From Planctomycetota bacterium (GTDB lineage Bacteria > Planctomycetota > UBA1135 > UBA2386), in assembly GCA_947501605.1 (NCBI GenBank), contig CANMWZ010000005.1:32001-96000 (forward strand): a DNA stretch of 64,000 nt. Direction: 5' to 3'. This document shows positions 19,491-27,884 of the stretch, piece after piece. A program made the translations under genes and the position numbers. Numbering within the stretch: the stretch's first letter is position 1; every line of letters starts with the position of its first letter. The notes below the pieces were generated by a model. The model did no database searches, was not told where the DNA came from, and worked only from the letters and a program-made list of their open reading frames with translations.

Positions 19491-22400
19491 TTACATGTTG
19501 CGCCGATACTGCCCGCCGACGTCGTACAGCGCCGCCGACATCTGACCGAGCGAGCACACCTTCGCCGCGGTCATCAGCTCCGCGAACACGTTCTTCCCGG
19601 CCAACGCATGTTGCTGCAGAGCCACGAGCGCCGCACTGGCTTCGGCCTCATGCCGCGCCTGGAAGGCCGCCAAGTCGTCGATCTGCGCCTTCTTCTCGTC
19701 CTCGGTCGATCGCATGACCTCGTTGACGATGTGGATCGGCGAGCCAGAGCTCGACAAGAACGTGTTCACGCCGATGACCGGCAGTTCGCCGCTCGCCTTC
19801 TTCTGCTCGTAGTGCATCGACTCTTCTTGGATGCGCGAGCGTTGGTACATCGTCTCCATCGCGCCGAGCACGCCGCCGCGTTCGCTGATGCGCAGGAACT
19901 CGGCGTACACTGCTTCTTCGACCAGGTCGGTCAGCTCTTCGATGACGAAGCTGCCTTGCAGCGGGTTCTCGTTGCGCGCGAGGCCGAGCTCCTTGTTGAT
20001 GATCAACTGGATCGCCATCGCGCGCCGCACCGAGTTCTCGGTCGGCGTCGTGATCGCCTCGTCGTAGGCGTTGGTGTGCAGCGAGTTGCAGTTGTCGTAG
20101 ATCGCGTAGAGCGCCTGCAGCGTCGTCCGGATGTCGTTGAAGTCGATCTCCTGCGCGTGCAGGGAGCGGCCCGACGTCTGGATGTGGTACTTCAGCATCT
20201 GGCTGCGCTCGTTGGCGCCGTACTTGCGCTTCATCGCGCAGGCCCAGATGCGGCGTGCGACGCGCCCGATGACCGAGTACTCCGGGTCGATGCCGTTGCT
20301 GAAGAAGAAGCTCAGGTTGGGCGCGAAGTCATCGATCGCGAGGCCCCGACTCAGGTAGTACTCGACGAACGTGAAGCCGTTGCTCAGCGTGAAGGCGAGC
20401 TGCGTGATCGGGTTCGCACCGGCCTCGGCGATGTGGTAGCCGCTGATCGAGACCGAATAGAAGTTGCGCACCTTGTTGGCGGTGAAGAACTCCTGCACGT
20501 CGCCCATCATGCGCAGGGCGAACTCGGTGCCGAAGATGCAGGTGTTCTGCGCCTGGTCTTCCTTCAGGATGTCGGCCTGCACCGTGCCGCGCACCGTTTG
20601 CAGGGTGTCTTGCGCGATCTTGTCGTAGACAGCTTTCGGGAGCACCTCGTCGCCGGTGACGCCCAAGAGCAGGGTGCCGAGTCCGTCGTTGCCGGTCGGC
20701 AGTTCAAAGCGGTAGCGCGGGCGCGGAAGCGCGCGGAACTTGGCGTCGATCTTGGCCTCGACTTCGGCGCGCAGACCGTGCGCCTCGATGTACCGCTCGC
20801 AGCGCTGATCGATCGCCGCGTTGAGGAAGAACGCGAGCAGCATCGGCGCCGGGCCGTTGATCGTCATCGACACCGACGTCACCGGGTCGCAGAGATCAAA
20901 CCCCGAGTAGAGCCGCTTGGCGTCGTCGAGCGTGCAGATCGACACGCCGGCGTTGCCGATCTTGCCGCGGATGTCCGGGCGCAGTGCTGGGTCTTCGCCG
21001 TAGAGCGTGACCGAGTCGAAGGCCGTCGACAGCCGCTTGTAGGGCTGCCCGTAGGACAGGTAGTGGAAGCGGCGGTTGGTGCGCTCCGGGCCGCCTTCGC
21101 CGGCAAACATGCGCGTCGGGTCTTCGGACACGCGCTTGAACGGATAGACGCCGGCGGTGAACGGGAAGCGGCCCGGTACGTTTTCGATCAGCAGCCAGCG
21201 CAGGCGGTCGCCGTGGCTGCGGTAGCGCGGCAGTGCGACCTTGGGGATGCGGAGGCCGGACAGCGAGGTGGTGTGGTTTGGCACCCGCACTTCGTTGCCG
21301 CGCACCGAGAACACGGTTTCGTCGGCGGCGTAGCTCTTGGCCATGCCGTCGTAGGCGGCGAGCAGTTTCTGGCACTCGACGTCGAGCAGGACGAGTTGCT
21401 GCGAGAAGGCCGCATCGAGTTCGGCTCGCGCTGCGGTTGCCGTTGCCGGCAGCATCGCCGCGGCGGCGCGCAGTTGGTGAACGCGTTCGGCCGTGTCGGC
21501 CTGAGTCTCGGCCCAGGATCGATAGGCGCGGTTTTGCTCGACGATCTCGGCGAGGTAGCGCGTGCGTTCTGCGGGCACGATGCTCGACATGGTCGGCTCG
21601 CCGATGGTGAGCGGCAAAGTGCTTTGCCACGCGCCCGGGCGGATGCGATCGAGCGCGCCGCAAAGCTGCTTGTAGAGCCTGCTCGTGCCCGGATCGGCAA
21701 ACGTCGACGCCATCGTGCCGTAGACCGGCATCGATTCGACCGGCTGGTCGAACGCCTTCTTGTTGCGTTGGTAGGCCTTGCGCACTTCGCGCAGTGCGTC
21801 CCTCGCCCCACGGCGGTCAAACTTGTTGATCGCGACCAGGTCGGCGAAGTCGAGCATGTCGATCTTCTCGAGCTGGCTCTGGGCGCCGAACTCCGGCGTC
21901 ATCACGTAGAGCGACAGGTCGGCGTGCTCGGTGATCTCGGTGTCCGACTGACCGATGCCCGAGCTTTCGAGCACGATCAAGTCAAAGTCCGCGCAGCGCA
22001 ACACGTCGAGGCCATCCTGCACCGAGTCCGACAAGGCGACGTTGGCGCGCCGGGTCGCCATCGAGCGCAAGTAGCAGCGGTCGGAGCGGATCGCATTCAT
22101 GCGAATGCGATCGCCAAGCAGCGCGCCGCCACTGCGTCGCCGCGTCGGGTCGACGCAGAGCACGCCGATGCGCATCTTCGGGAAGTCGAGCAGGAAGCGG
22201 CGCAGGAGTTCGTCGATCAGCGAGCTCTTGCCGGCGCCGCCGGTGCCAGTGATCCCGAGCACTGGGGCCACCCGTGCCAGCTTCGCGCGCCGGGCCTTTA
22301 GCTCTGGTCGATAGCGTTCTCCGTCATGCTCGACCAAGGTGATCGCGCGTGCGATCGCCGCTTGGTTCAGACTGTCGAGCTGCGGCAGTTGCGCATCGGG

Positions 22401-22904
22401 CGCGGCGACGGCGAAGTCGCAGTGCGACAACATGTCATCGACCATGCCCTGCAGCCCAAGCGTGCGGCCGTCGTCGGGCGAGTAGATGCGGGTGACGCCG
22501 TAGGCCTGCAGTTCGGCAATCTCCGCCGGCAGGATCACGCCGCCGCCGCCGCCGAACAGTTGCACGTGTTGGGCAGAGCGCGCGTCCAGCATGTCGCGCA
22601 TGTAGCGGAAGAACTCGTTGTGTCCGCCCTGGTAGGACGTGACTGCGATGCCCTGCGCATCTTCCTGGATGGCCGCGTCGACGATCTCTTGCACCGAACG
22701 GTTGTGACCGAGATGGATCACTTCCGCGCCAGACTGCTGCGCGATGCGGCGGAAGATGTGGATCGAGGCGTCGTGGCCGTCGAACAGCGCCGTCGCGGTG
22801 ATCAGCCGAATCTTGTTGTGAGCCTGAAATGGGCTCGCAGGGATCGGCGTTCCCGACGCAGCGGCATTGGCCGCCGAAGAAGGGTCTTGGGTGCGCGTCG
22901 CCAT
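19491..22904 (-). CDS. icmF: Fused isobutyryl-CoA mutase/GTPase chaperone IcmF
   Basis: B12-binding N-terminus (LFDGHDA), MeaB-like GTPase ([13 protein letters not shown]) and mutase barrel with PTRMFAGEG (Phe specificity residue); ends GGQYRRNM. Confidence 0.95.
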   Translation of the reverse strand: MATRTQDPSSAANAAASGTPIPASPFQAHNKIRLITATALFDGHDASIHIFRRIAQQSGAEVIHLGHNRSVQEIVDAAIQEDAQGIAVTSYQGGHNEFFRYMRDMLDARSAQHVQLFGGGGGVILPAEIAELQAYGVTRIYSPDDGRTLGLQGMVDDMLSHCDFAVAAPDAQLPQLDSLNQAAIARAITLVEHDGERYRPELKARRAKLARVAPVLGITGTGGAGKSSLIDELLRRFLLDFPKMRIGVLCVDPTRRRSGGALLGDRIRMNAIRSDRCYLRSMATRRANVALSDSVQDGLDVLRCADFDLIVLESSGIGQSDTEITEHADLSLYVMTPEFGAQSQLEKIDMLDFADLVAINKFDRRGARDALREVRKAYQRNKKAFDQPVESMPVYGTMASTFADPGTSRLYKQLCGALDRIRPGAWQSTLPLTIGEPTMSSIVPAERTRYLAEIVEQNRAYRSWAETQADTAERVHQLRAAAAMLPATATAARAELDAAFSQQLVLLDVECQKLLAAYDGMAKSYAADETVFSVRGNEVRVPNHTTSLSGLRIPKVALPRYRSHGDRLRWLLIENVPGRFPFTAGVYPFKRVSEDPTRMFAGEGGPERTNRRFHYLSYGQPYKRLSTAFDSVTLYGEDPALRPDIRGKIGNAGVSICTLDDAKRLYSGFDLCDPVTSVSMTINGPAPMLLAFFLNAAIDQRCERYIEAHGLRAEVEAKIDAKFRALPRPRYRFELPTGNDGLGTLLLGVTGDEVLPKAVYDKIAQDTLQTVRGTVQADILKEDQAQNTCIFGTEFALRMMGDVQEFFTANKVRNFYSVSISGYHIAEAGANPITQLAFTLSNGFTFVEYYLSRGLAIDDFAPNLSFFFSNGIDPEYSVIGRVARRIWACAMKRKYGANERSQMLKYHIQTSGRSLHAQEIDFNDIRTTLQALYAIYDNCNSLHTNAYDEAITTPTENSVRRAMAIQLIINKELGLARNENPLQGSFVIEELTDLVEEAVYAEFLRISERGGVLGAMETMYQRSRIQEESMHYEQKKASGELPVIGVNTFLSSSGSPIHIVNEVMRSTEDEKKAQIDDLAAFQARHEAEASAALVALQQHALAGKNVFAELMTAAKVCSLGQMSAALYDVGGQYRRNM

Positions 22905-23056
22905 GGATCGAGTGGGGAGGAGTTATACCGACGCGTGCGGGGCATCGCCCTGCGACTTGCCGCGCAGTTCGACGCGCCCGCTCTCTTGGTTGCGCACGCA
23001 GGCTCACGGTTGCGCTGCTCGGGCATGAGCTTGCGCTACGTGGGCCTGGGTTCGCG

Positions 23057-23482
23057 CTACTCGGCTGCGGGCTCTTCGACCTCGACGATCGAGAAGTGCT
23101 GGCTCACGATCTTCCAGTCGTTGCCCAGCCTACAGACCGAGAAGGTGCAGCGACCGCCTTGTTCGTGGCCGCGCCCCTCTGGGTCTATCTGCAGCAACTT
23201 CCAGCAGCCGGCGACTGTGGCGAACTGATCCTCGAACACCTGGATGTCGATGTCGCGCAGTTCGAGTTTCACCGACTCGAGGTAACGGAACTCCTGGTCC
23301 AGCACTTCCTCGAAAGCGCCCCAGCCGCGGTCGTGCCGGCCGGACGCATCCAAGTTCTGGAACCGCTTGTCGGTCCAGAAGTGTGAACGGTAGGTCTTCA
23401 GATCGCGGCTGTTGAACGCCTGCCGCATGCTGCGGAAGAAGTCCTCCAGTTCCTTCAAGCTCTCAACGCTCATGGGGACCAT
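23057..23482 (-). CDS. NTF2/SnoaL-like (DUF4440-type) protein
   Basis: AFNSRDL...WKIVSQHFS fold signature; alternative ATG at 23473. Confidence 0.75.
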   Translation of the reverse strand: MVPMSVESLKELEDFFRSMRQAFNSRDLKTYRSHFWTDKRFQNLDASGRHDRGWGAFEEVLDQEFRYLESVKLELRDIDIQVFEDQFATVAGCWKLLQIDPEGRGHEQGGRCTFSVCRLGNDWKIVSQHFSIVEVEEPAAE

Positions 23483-23548
23483 TCGTGCTGTCAGGTGTCC
23501 TTGCGCCAGAACCCACCGTGCCGCAGCGGTGGTGCCTAGCGTCTTGTT

Positions 23549-24922
23549 TCAGCGATGGATACGGCTGTAGAGCGGCTCGTTGGCTAGCTCGTAGACCACC
23601 CTGCCGTTCACGATCGCCACTTCGACGAAGGTCCTATAGTGCATGGGATCACCATCGAGAATCAAGATGTCGGCGTCCTTGCCTGCTTCGAGGGACCCAA
23701 TTCGGTGGTCGACCCCCAGGATCTTGGCCGCGTCCAGAGTCAGAGTCCGGAGCGCCTGGCTCGACGTCATGCCGCCGCGGACGGCGAAGGCCGCGTCGAC
23801 CGTGGGCGTATTCAAGTCCATTCCCAGAAGCCCGTTGGTGCCGACACCCGCGCCACCGAACATGCCGACCGGGCAGGTTACGGCGAGTGGGATACCCGCC
23901 TGATTGCACAGCGCGGCGGAGGCGAGGTTGGAGCCGGTGCGGTCGGGGTCGGCCGGATCCGCGGGTACGCGATCTCGCGGCGACAAGATCACCATCGAGT
24001 CGGTCGCGGCGATTTCGTCGGCGCAGAGCCACGCCGACAGCGGCTTGACCAGGACCACGCCGGTGCCGAGTTCGGCCGCGATCTGCATCGCACTGCGGAT
24101 GGCATCCAGGTCGGATCCAGCCCCGGTGCGACCGCCGCCGAACGGGTTGAAGCCGCCGCCACCGAGCTGGAGCCACAGCTTGGACTTGCCGCTCAGGATG
24201 TCGAGGATCTTCTCGGTGCCGGCCGGCGCCTTTGGCGGCTTGGCAGTCGGGTCCTCAGACTTCTTGGCCAAGAAGTCCTCCTGCGCCCGTCGGTGCTCCT
24301 TGGCTTGCTTGACCAAGTCGCGGAACTTCTCACGCTCGCCGGCCGGAAGCTGCGCGTTCATGCCGAGGACGGTGCCTTCTTGCAGCACCATGTCCTCGAC
24401 CTTGCCCCAGGCGAGTTTGACCACGGCGGCATCGCCGGCGGGGGAATTGCCGCCGCGGGGGGCGCCGGCGAGGAACGACGTCACGCCCGCAGCCAGGCCC
24501 TGCTTGATCTCCGGATCGAACGGGTTGCAGCTGTCGATCCAAGGCGTGCCCCGTCCTTGGCCCATGCCGGCGCCGTAGACACAAACGAAGCCGGGGCAGA
24601 CCGTCTTGCCCTTGGCGTCGATCACGGTCGTGCCTTCTGGCAGCTCGATCTTGTGCCCGACCGCCAGGATCTTGTCGTCGCCGATGAGCACGGTGGCGCC
24701 AGTAATGCGTTGTCCGGTGCCGAGGTAGACATCGCCGCCGGTGATCGCGGTGTGCTTCTTGGGCTTGCCGTCGGTGGCCTGTGGGGCCGCCGGTTGCTCC
24801 GCGGCGGGCGAGCCACCGCCTTCGCCCTGGCCGCCGCGATTGAACCGGCCGCGGCGCTGCGCCGTGAGGTCTGGGCTCAACAGCAGCAGGGCAACGAGAC
24901 TGGCGAGGATCGGGAGTCGCAT
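23549..24922 (-). CDS. Secreted amidohydrolase-family protein A8 (metal ligands absent)
   Basis: IDAKGKTVCPGFVCVYG (no HxH); GSLEAGKDADILILDGDP; signal peptide. Confidence 0.85.
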   Translation of the reverse strand: MRLPILASLVALLLLSPDLTAQRRGRFNRGGQGEGGGSPAAEQPAAPQATDGKPKKHTAITGGDVYLGTGQRITGATVLIGDDKILAVGHKIELPEGTTVIDAKGKTVCPGFVCVYGAGMGQGRGTPWIDSCNPFDPEIKQGLAAGVTSFLAGAPRGGNSPAGDAAVVKLAWGKVEDMVLQEGTVLGMNAQLPAGEREKFRDLVKQAKEHRRAQEDFLAKKSEDPTAKPPKAPAGTEKILDILSGKSKLWLQLGGGGFNPFGGGRTGAGSDLDAIRSAMQIAAELGTGVVLVKPLSAWLCADEIAATDSMVILSPRDRVPADPADPDRTGSNLASAALCNQAGIPLAVTCPVGMFGGAGVGTNGLLGMDLNTPTVDAAFAVRGGMTSSQALRTLTLDAAKILGVDHRIGSLEAGKDADILILDGDPMHYRTFVEVAIVNGRVVYELANEPLYSRIHR

Positions 24923-24933
24923 GGTCGTAGTCC

Positions 24934-26454
24934 TCAGCGGGCCTGGGTGTCGGATTCGATCTTGCGGCCTTCGAGCCACACCGATCGGAGTTCGCTAGTG
25001 GGGTCGAGCGGATCGCTCGAGAACAGCAGTAGGTTGGCCTTCTTGCCGGCCTCGAGCGTGCCGCATTGGCTCTCGAGTCCGAGTGCCTTGCTCGGCACCA
25101 GGGTCACACCGCGCAGCGCGACGTCGCGCGGCAGTCCGGCGCGCACTTGTTCCATCAGGCGGAAGAACAACGTGCGCACGCGCGCCGGGCTGTCGCCGAG
25201 GACGAAGCCGACTTCGATGCCGGCGTCGTGGAGCGACCGCACCGGGTTCACCACGTAGCGACTGCGTGGGCGGACGCTGAGGTCGGGTGGGACGAGCACG
25301 GCTGCCTTCATCGCCTTCAGTTCGTCGATCACGAGGTCGAATGCGCCAGCCTGCGTGTCGAACGACTCCGTGCAGATCGTGCGCGAGAACGTGAGGTCCT
25401 TGCCACCAGCATGGAGCCAGTGCAGCAGGTCCGCCGCCGAGTTGAGCTGCACGATCGCCTTGTGCTTGCCTTCGATCAGGTCCGCGAGCACCTCGATGTT
25501 GGGGTCCTTCTTGTCTTCTGGCTTTGGCCCCTGCGCCTTGTCCGCTGTCGGTGCGCCCTCGGGCTTCTTGTCGTCGGCCTTCGGCGGCTCTTGCGGCTTG
25601 GGTTGCTCTGGCTTTGGTTGCTCTGGCTTGGGCTGGTCGGGCTTTGGCGGCTCCGGCTTCGGTGGCTCCGGTGGCGGCTGCGGATCGCTGGGCTTCGGCG
25701 CTTCGGCGGGTTTCGCCTCGCCACCTGGTTTGCTGCCGTCGGCGGCTTTGGCTTCCGGCTTCGGCGCTTCCTTCGGTGCCTTGCGCGCTGCCACCGCCTT
25801 GTTGGCCGCTTCGAACCCGTCCTTCAGGGCCTTCTTGACGCGCGCGTCCCGTTGCATGCCGAGGAACACGAACGCGTCGTCGTCGACGACCAGCGCCTCG
25901 AGCGTGGTGCCATCGGGCTTGAGCACCGCGCCAAACCCGGGGAACCCATCGCCTGGTGGTGTCAGCGCCAGCGTGGTGATGCCGGCGCGCAGCAGTTCGC
26001 CGAACACCTCTTGCTTGGGGTCGAGTCGCTCGGCGACCTTGGTTGCGGCGCTGTTTTGCACGCCGCGGGCGCCGCTGTCCGGCGGTGGCGTGCCTTGACC
26101 TCGGCGACCACCTCGACGCGGACCGGCCTCGACCGAAAACGTCGGCGGCGGCGAGACCAAACCGGCGCGGGAGTGCGCGCTGACGAGGCCTGGCATCAGC
26201 GTGCCGCCCTCGCAGTCAACGATGCGCGCGCCGGCGGGCGCGGCAACGTCGGCGCCGACGGCGACGATCTTGCCGTTGCGTACGACGAGCGTGCCGCGCT
26301 CGATGGGGGCGCCGCTGATCGTCAGGATGCGCGCGTTGGTGAACGCGATCGGTCGCACGTCCTGCGCGCGAAGTCCCGCGGCGCATAGGCCGAGCGCCAG
26401 CACAGCCGCGCGCAACGCGAAGCAACGGTTCCGTCGAGGGTTCGTTCGGAGCAT
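24934..26454 (-). CDS. Secreted amidohydrolase-family protein A7 (degenerate site; Pro/Lys/Glu-rich insert)
   Basis: MPGLVSAHSR; GTLEAGKKANLLLFSSDP; signal peptide. Confidence 0.85.
   Translation of the reverse strand: MLRTNPRRNRCFALRAAVLALGLCAAGLRAQDVRPIAFTNARILTISGAPIERGTLVVRNGKIVAVGADVAAPAGARIVDCEGGTLMPGLVSAHSRAGLVSPPPTFSVEAGPRRGGRRGQGTPPPDSGARGVQNSAATKVAERLDPKQEVFGELLRAGITTLALTPPGDGFPGFGAVLKPDGTTLEALVVDDDAFVFLGMQRDARVKKALKDGFEAANKAVAARKAPKEAPKPEAKAADGSKPGGEAKPAEAPKPSDPQPPPEPPKPEPPKPDQPKPEQPKPEQPKPQEPPKADDKKPEGAPTADKAQGPKPEDKKDPNIEVLADLIEGKHKAIVQLNSAADLLHWLHAGGKDLTFSRTICTESFDTQAGAFDLVIDELKAMKAAVLVPPDLSVRPRSRYVVNPVRSLHDAGIEVGFVLGDSPARVRTLFFRLMEQVRAGLPRDVALRGVTLVPSKALGLESQCGTLEAGKKANLLLFSSDPLDPTSELRSVWLEGRKIESDTQAR
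25595..25685 (-). repeat. Imperfect 15-bp coding tandem repeat (about 6 units, PKPEQ/PKPEP)
   Basis: ggcttgggttgctct / ggctttggttgctct-type units on the + strand. Confidence 0.8.
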
Positions 26455-26459
26455 CAGGA

Positions 26460-27884
26460 TCACCAAGCGGGGCGAGCGGGGTTGCGGCGATAGCAGATCG
26501 TGCCGTTCACGACGAACAGCTTGACGTGACTGCGCGGGTCGAGCGGATCGCCGCTCCACACGCCGAGGTCGGCGTCCTTGCCGACATCGAGGGAACCAAC
26601 GCGATGATCGATGCCGAGAAAGCGCGCGTTGTTGATCGTGAGGGCGCGCAGGCCGACTTCGTGCGGCAGTCCTAGTCGAACCCCCATGGCGGCCTGCAGC
26701 GTGAGCTGTTCTTGCGGCACGACCGGCGAATCGGTGTTGACGCCGATGCCGTCGCGGCCGACGCCTTTCACTTGGTCGCGCCAGCCGTCTTCGCCGTCCC
26801 AATACCAGTCGGCCATCAGGCCGCTGATCTCGTTGTAGCGCGTGTCGAAATGGTAGACGCGCGGGCCAGCGGCGATCGGCAGACCCGCTTCACGCATCTC
26901 CTGGCGCATGCGAAAGGCGTCGAATTCGCCGTGCACCACGACGGTCCAAAGACCGAGCTCGAGGCGCAGTTCCTGCAGCGTCTGCAACACGACCTGGTAG
27001 ATCTGCGTGTGCACCGACAGAGGGAACTCGTGCAGGTAGAGGCCGCGCAGCAGTTCGAGTGTCGGGTCGAACTTCGGCTTCTCGCCCTTGCCCTGCTGGA
27101 ACGCCAGGTAGGCATCGTGGTAGCGCTTGCCGTCGAGCAGCGTCGAACGGATGCCGTCGCTCATGCCCATCATGCCGGCGCCGAGGTCGCCCGAAGCGCG
27201 CTCGGGGTTTCCTGCCTGGGCGATCTTCAAGCTGCCGGGAAAGCGCACCAGCGCCTCGTCCGGGCTCCTGCCCCAAGTCTTCGTCAGGGTGCCGAAGCCG
27301 CCCATGTTCGAACCCGAGCCCGGGATGTAGAGCGCGGTCGAGACGCCGCCCGCGCGGGCCATCTGCATCTGGTCGTGTTCCAGCGTGATCAGGTCGAGGG
27401 TCCGGAACTCGGGGTTGGTCGGATGGACAGTGTCGTTGAGATCAAAGCTGGCGCTGGCGATGTGGCAGTGCGGTTCGATGAACCCAGGCACGAGCCACGC
27501 ATCGCCGCAGTCGACGACTTCGTAGCCGTCGGGCACGGCGATGTCTTTGGCGCGCCCGATCGCTTCGATCACTCCGTTCCTGGTGACCACGACGCCGTTC
27601 TCGATCGGCGGCGCGGTGATGGGCAGCACCTTCTCGGCGAAAAACACGTAGCCCGGGCTCGGTAGGCCCCGTGGGCCCCATTTCGCCACCTGATGCTCGG
27701 CCTCGGTCGCGGGGCGGTTGGGATGCCAGACATCGAGCGAGTTGCCGGTGTCCTTTGGGATCGAGCCCTTGGGAATCGGGTCGCGGCGTTCGGTCGAAGG
27801 CGTCTGTGCCCGCAGCGAGCTGATGGTCAAGGCCGCGATTGCGAACGTGAGGACGACGGCGGATCGGTAGGTCGGACGAGTCAC
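26460..27884 (-). CDS. Secreted amidohydrolase-family protein A6 (complete binuclear metal site)
   Basis: PGFIEPHCH (HxH), SLKIA (Lys), SVHTQ (His), VVHGE (His), VNTDSPV (Asp), GSLDVGKDADL; GTG start overlaps the upstream TGA. Confidence 0.9.
   Translation of the reverse strand: MTRPTYRSAVVLTFAIAALTISSLRAQTPSTERRDPIPKGSIPKDTGNSLDVWHPNRPATEAEHQVAKWGPRGLPSPGYVFFAEKVLPITAPPIENGVVVTRNGVIEAIGRAKDIAVPDGYEVVDCGDAWLVPGFIEPHCHIASASFDLNDTVHPTNPEFRTLDLITLEHDQMQMARAGGVSTALYIPGSGSNMGGFGTLTKTWGRSPDEALVRFPGSLKIAQAGNPERASGDLGAGMMGMSDGIRSTLLDGKRYHDAYLAFQQGKGEKPKFDPTLELLRGLYLHEFPLSVHTQIYQVVLQTLQELRLELGLWTVVVHGEFDAFRMRQEMREAGLPIAAGPRVYHFDTRYNEISGLMADWYWDGEDGWRDQVKGVGRDGIGVNTDSPVVPQEQLTLQAAMGVRLGLPHEVGLRALTINNARFLGIDHRVGSLDVGKDADLGVWSGDPLDPRSHVKLFVVNGTICYRRNPARPAW

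Noticed and set aside
22905..23056. Cobalamin riboswitch upstream of icmF (also checked upstream of scpA)
   Set aside because: No recognisable B12-box, and the regions are short.
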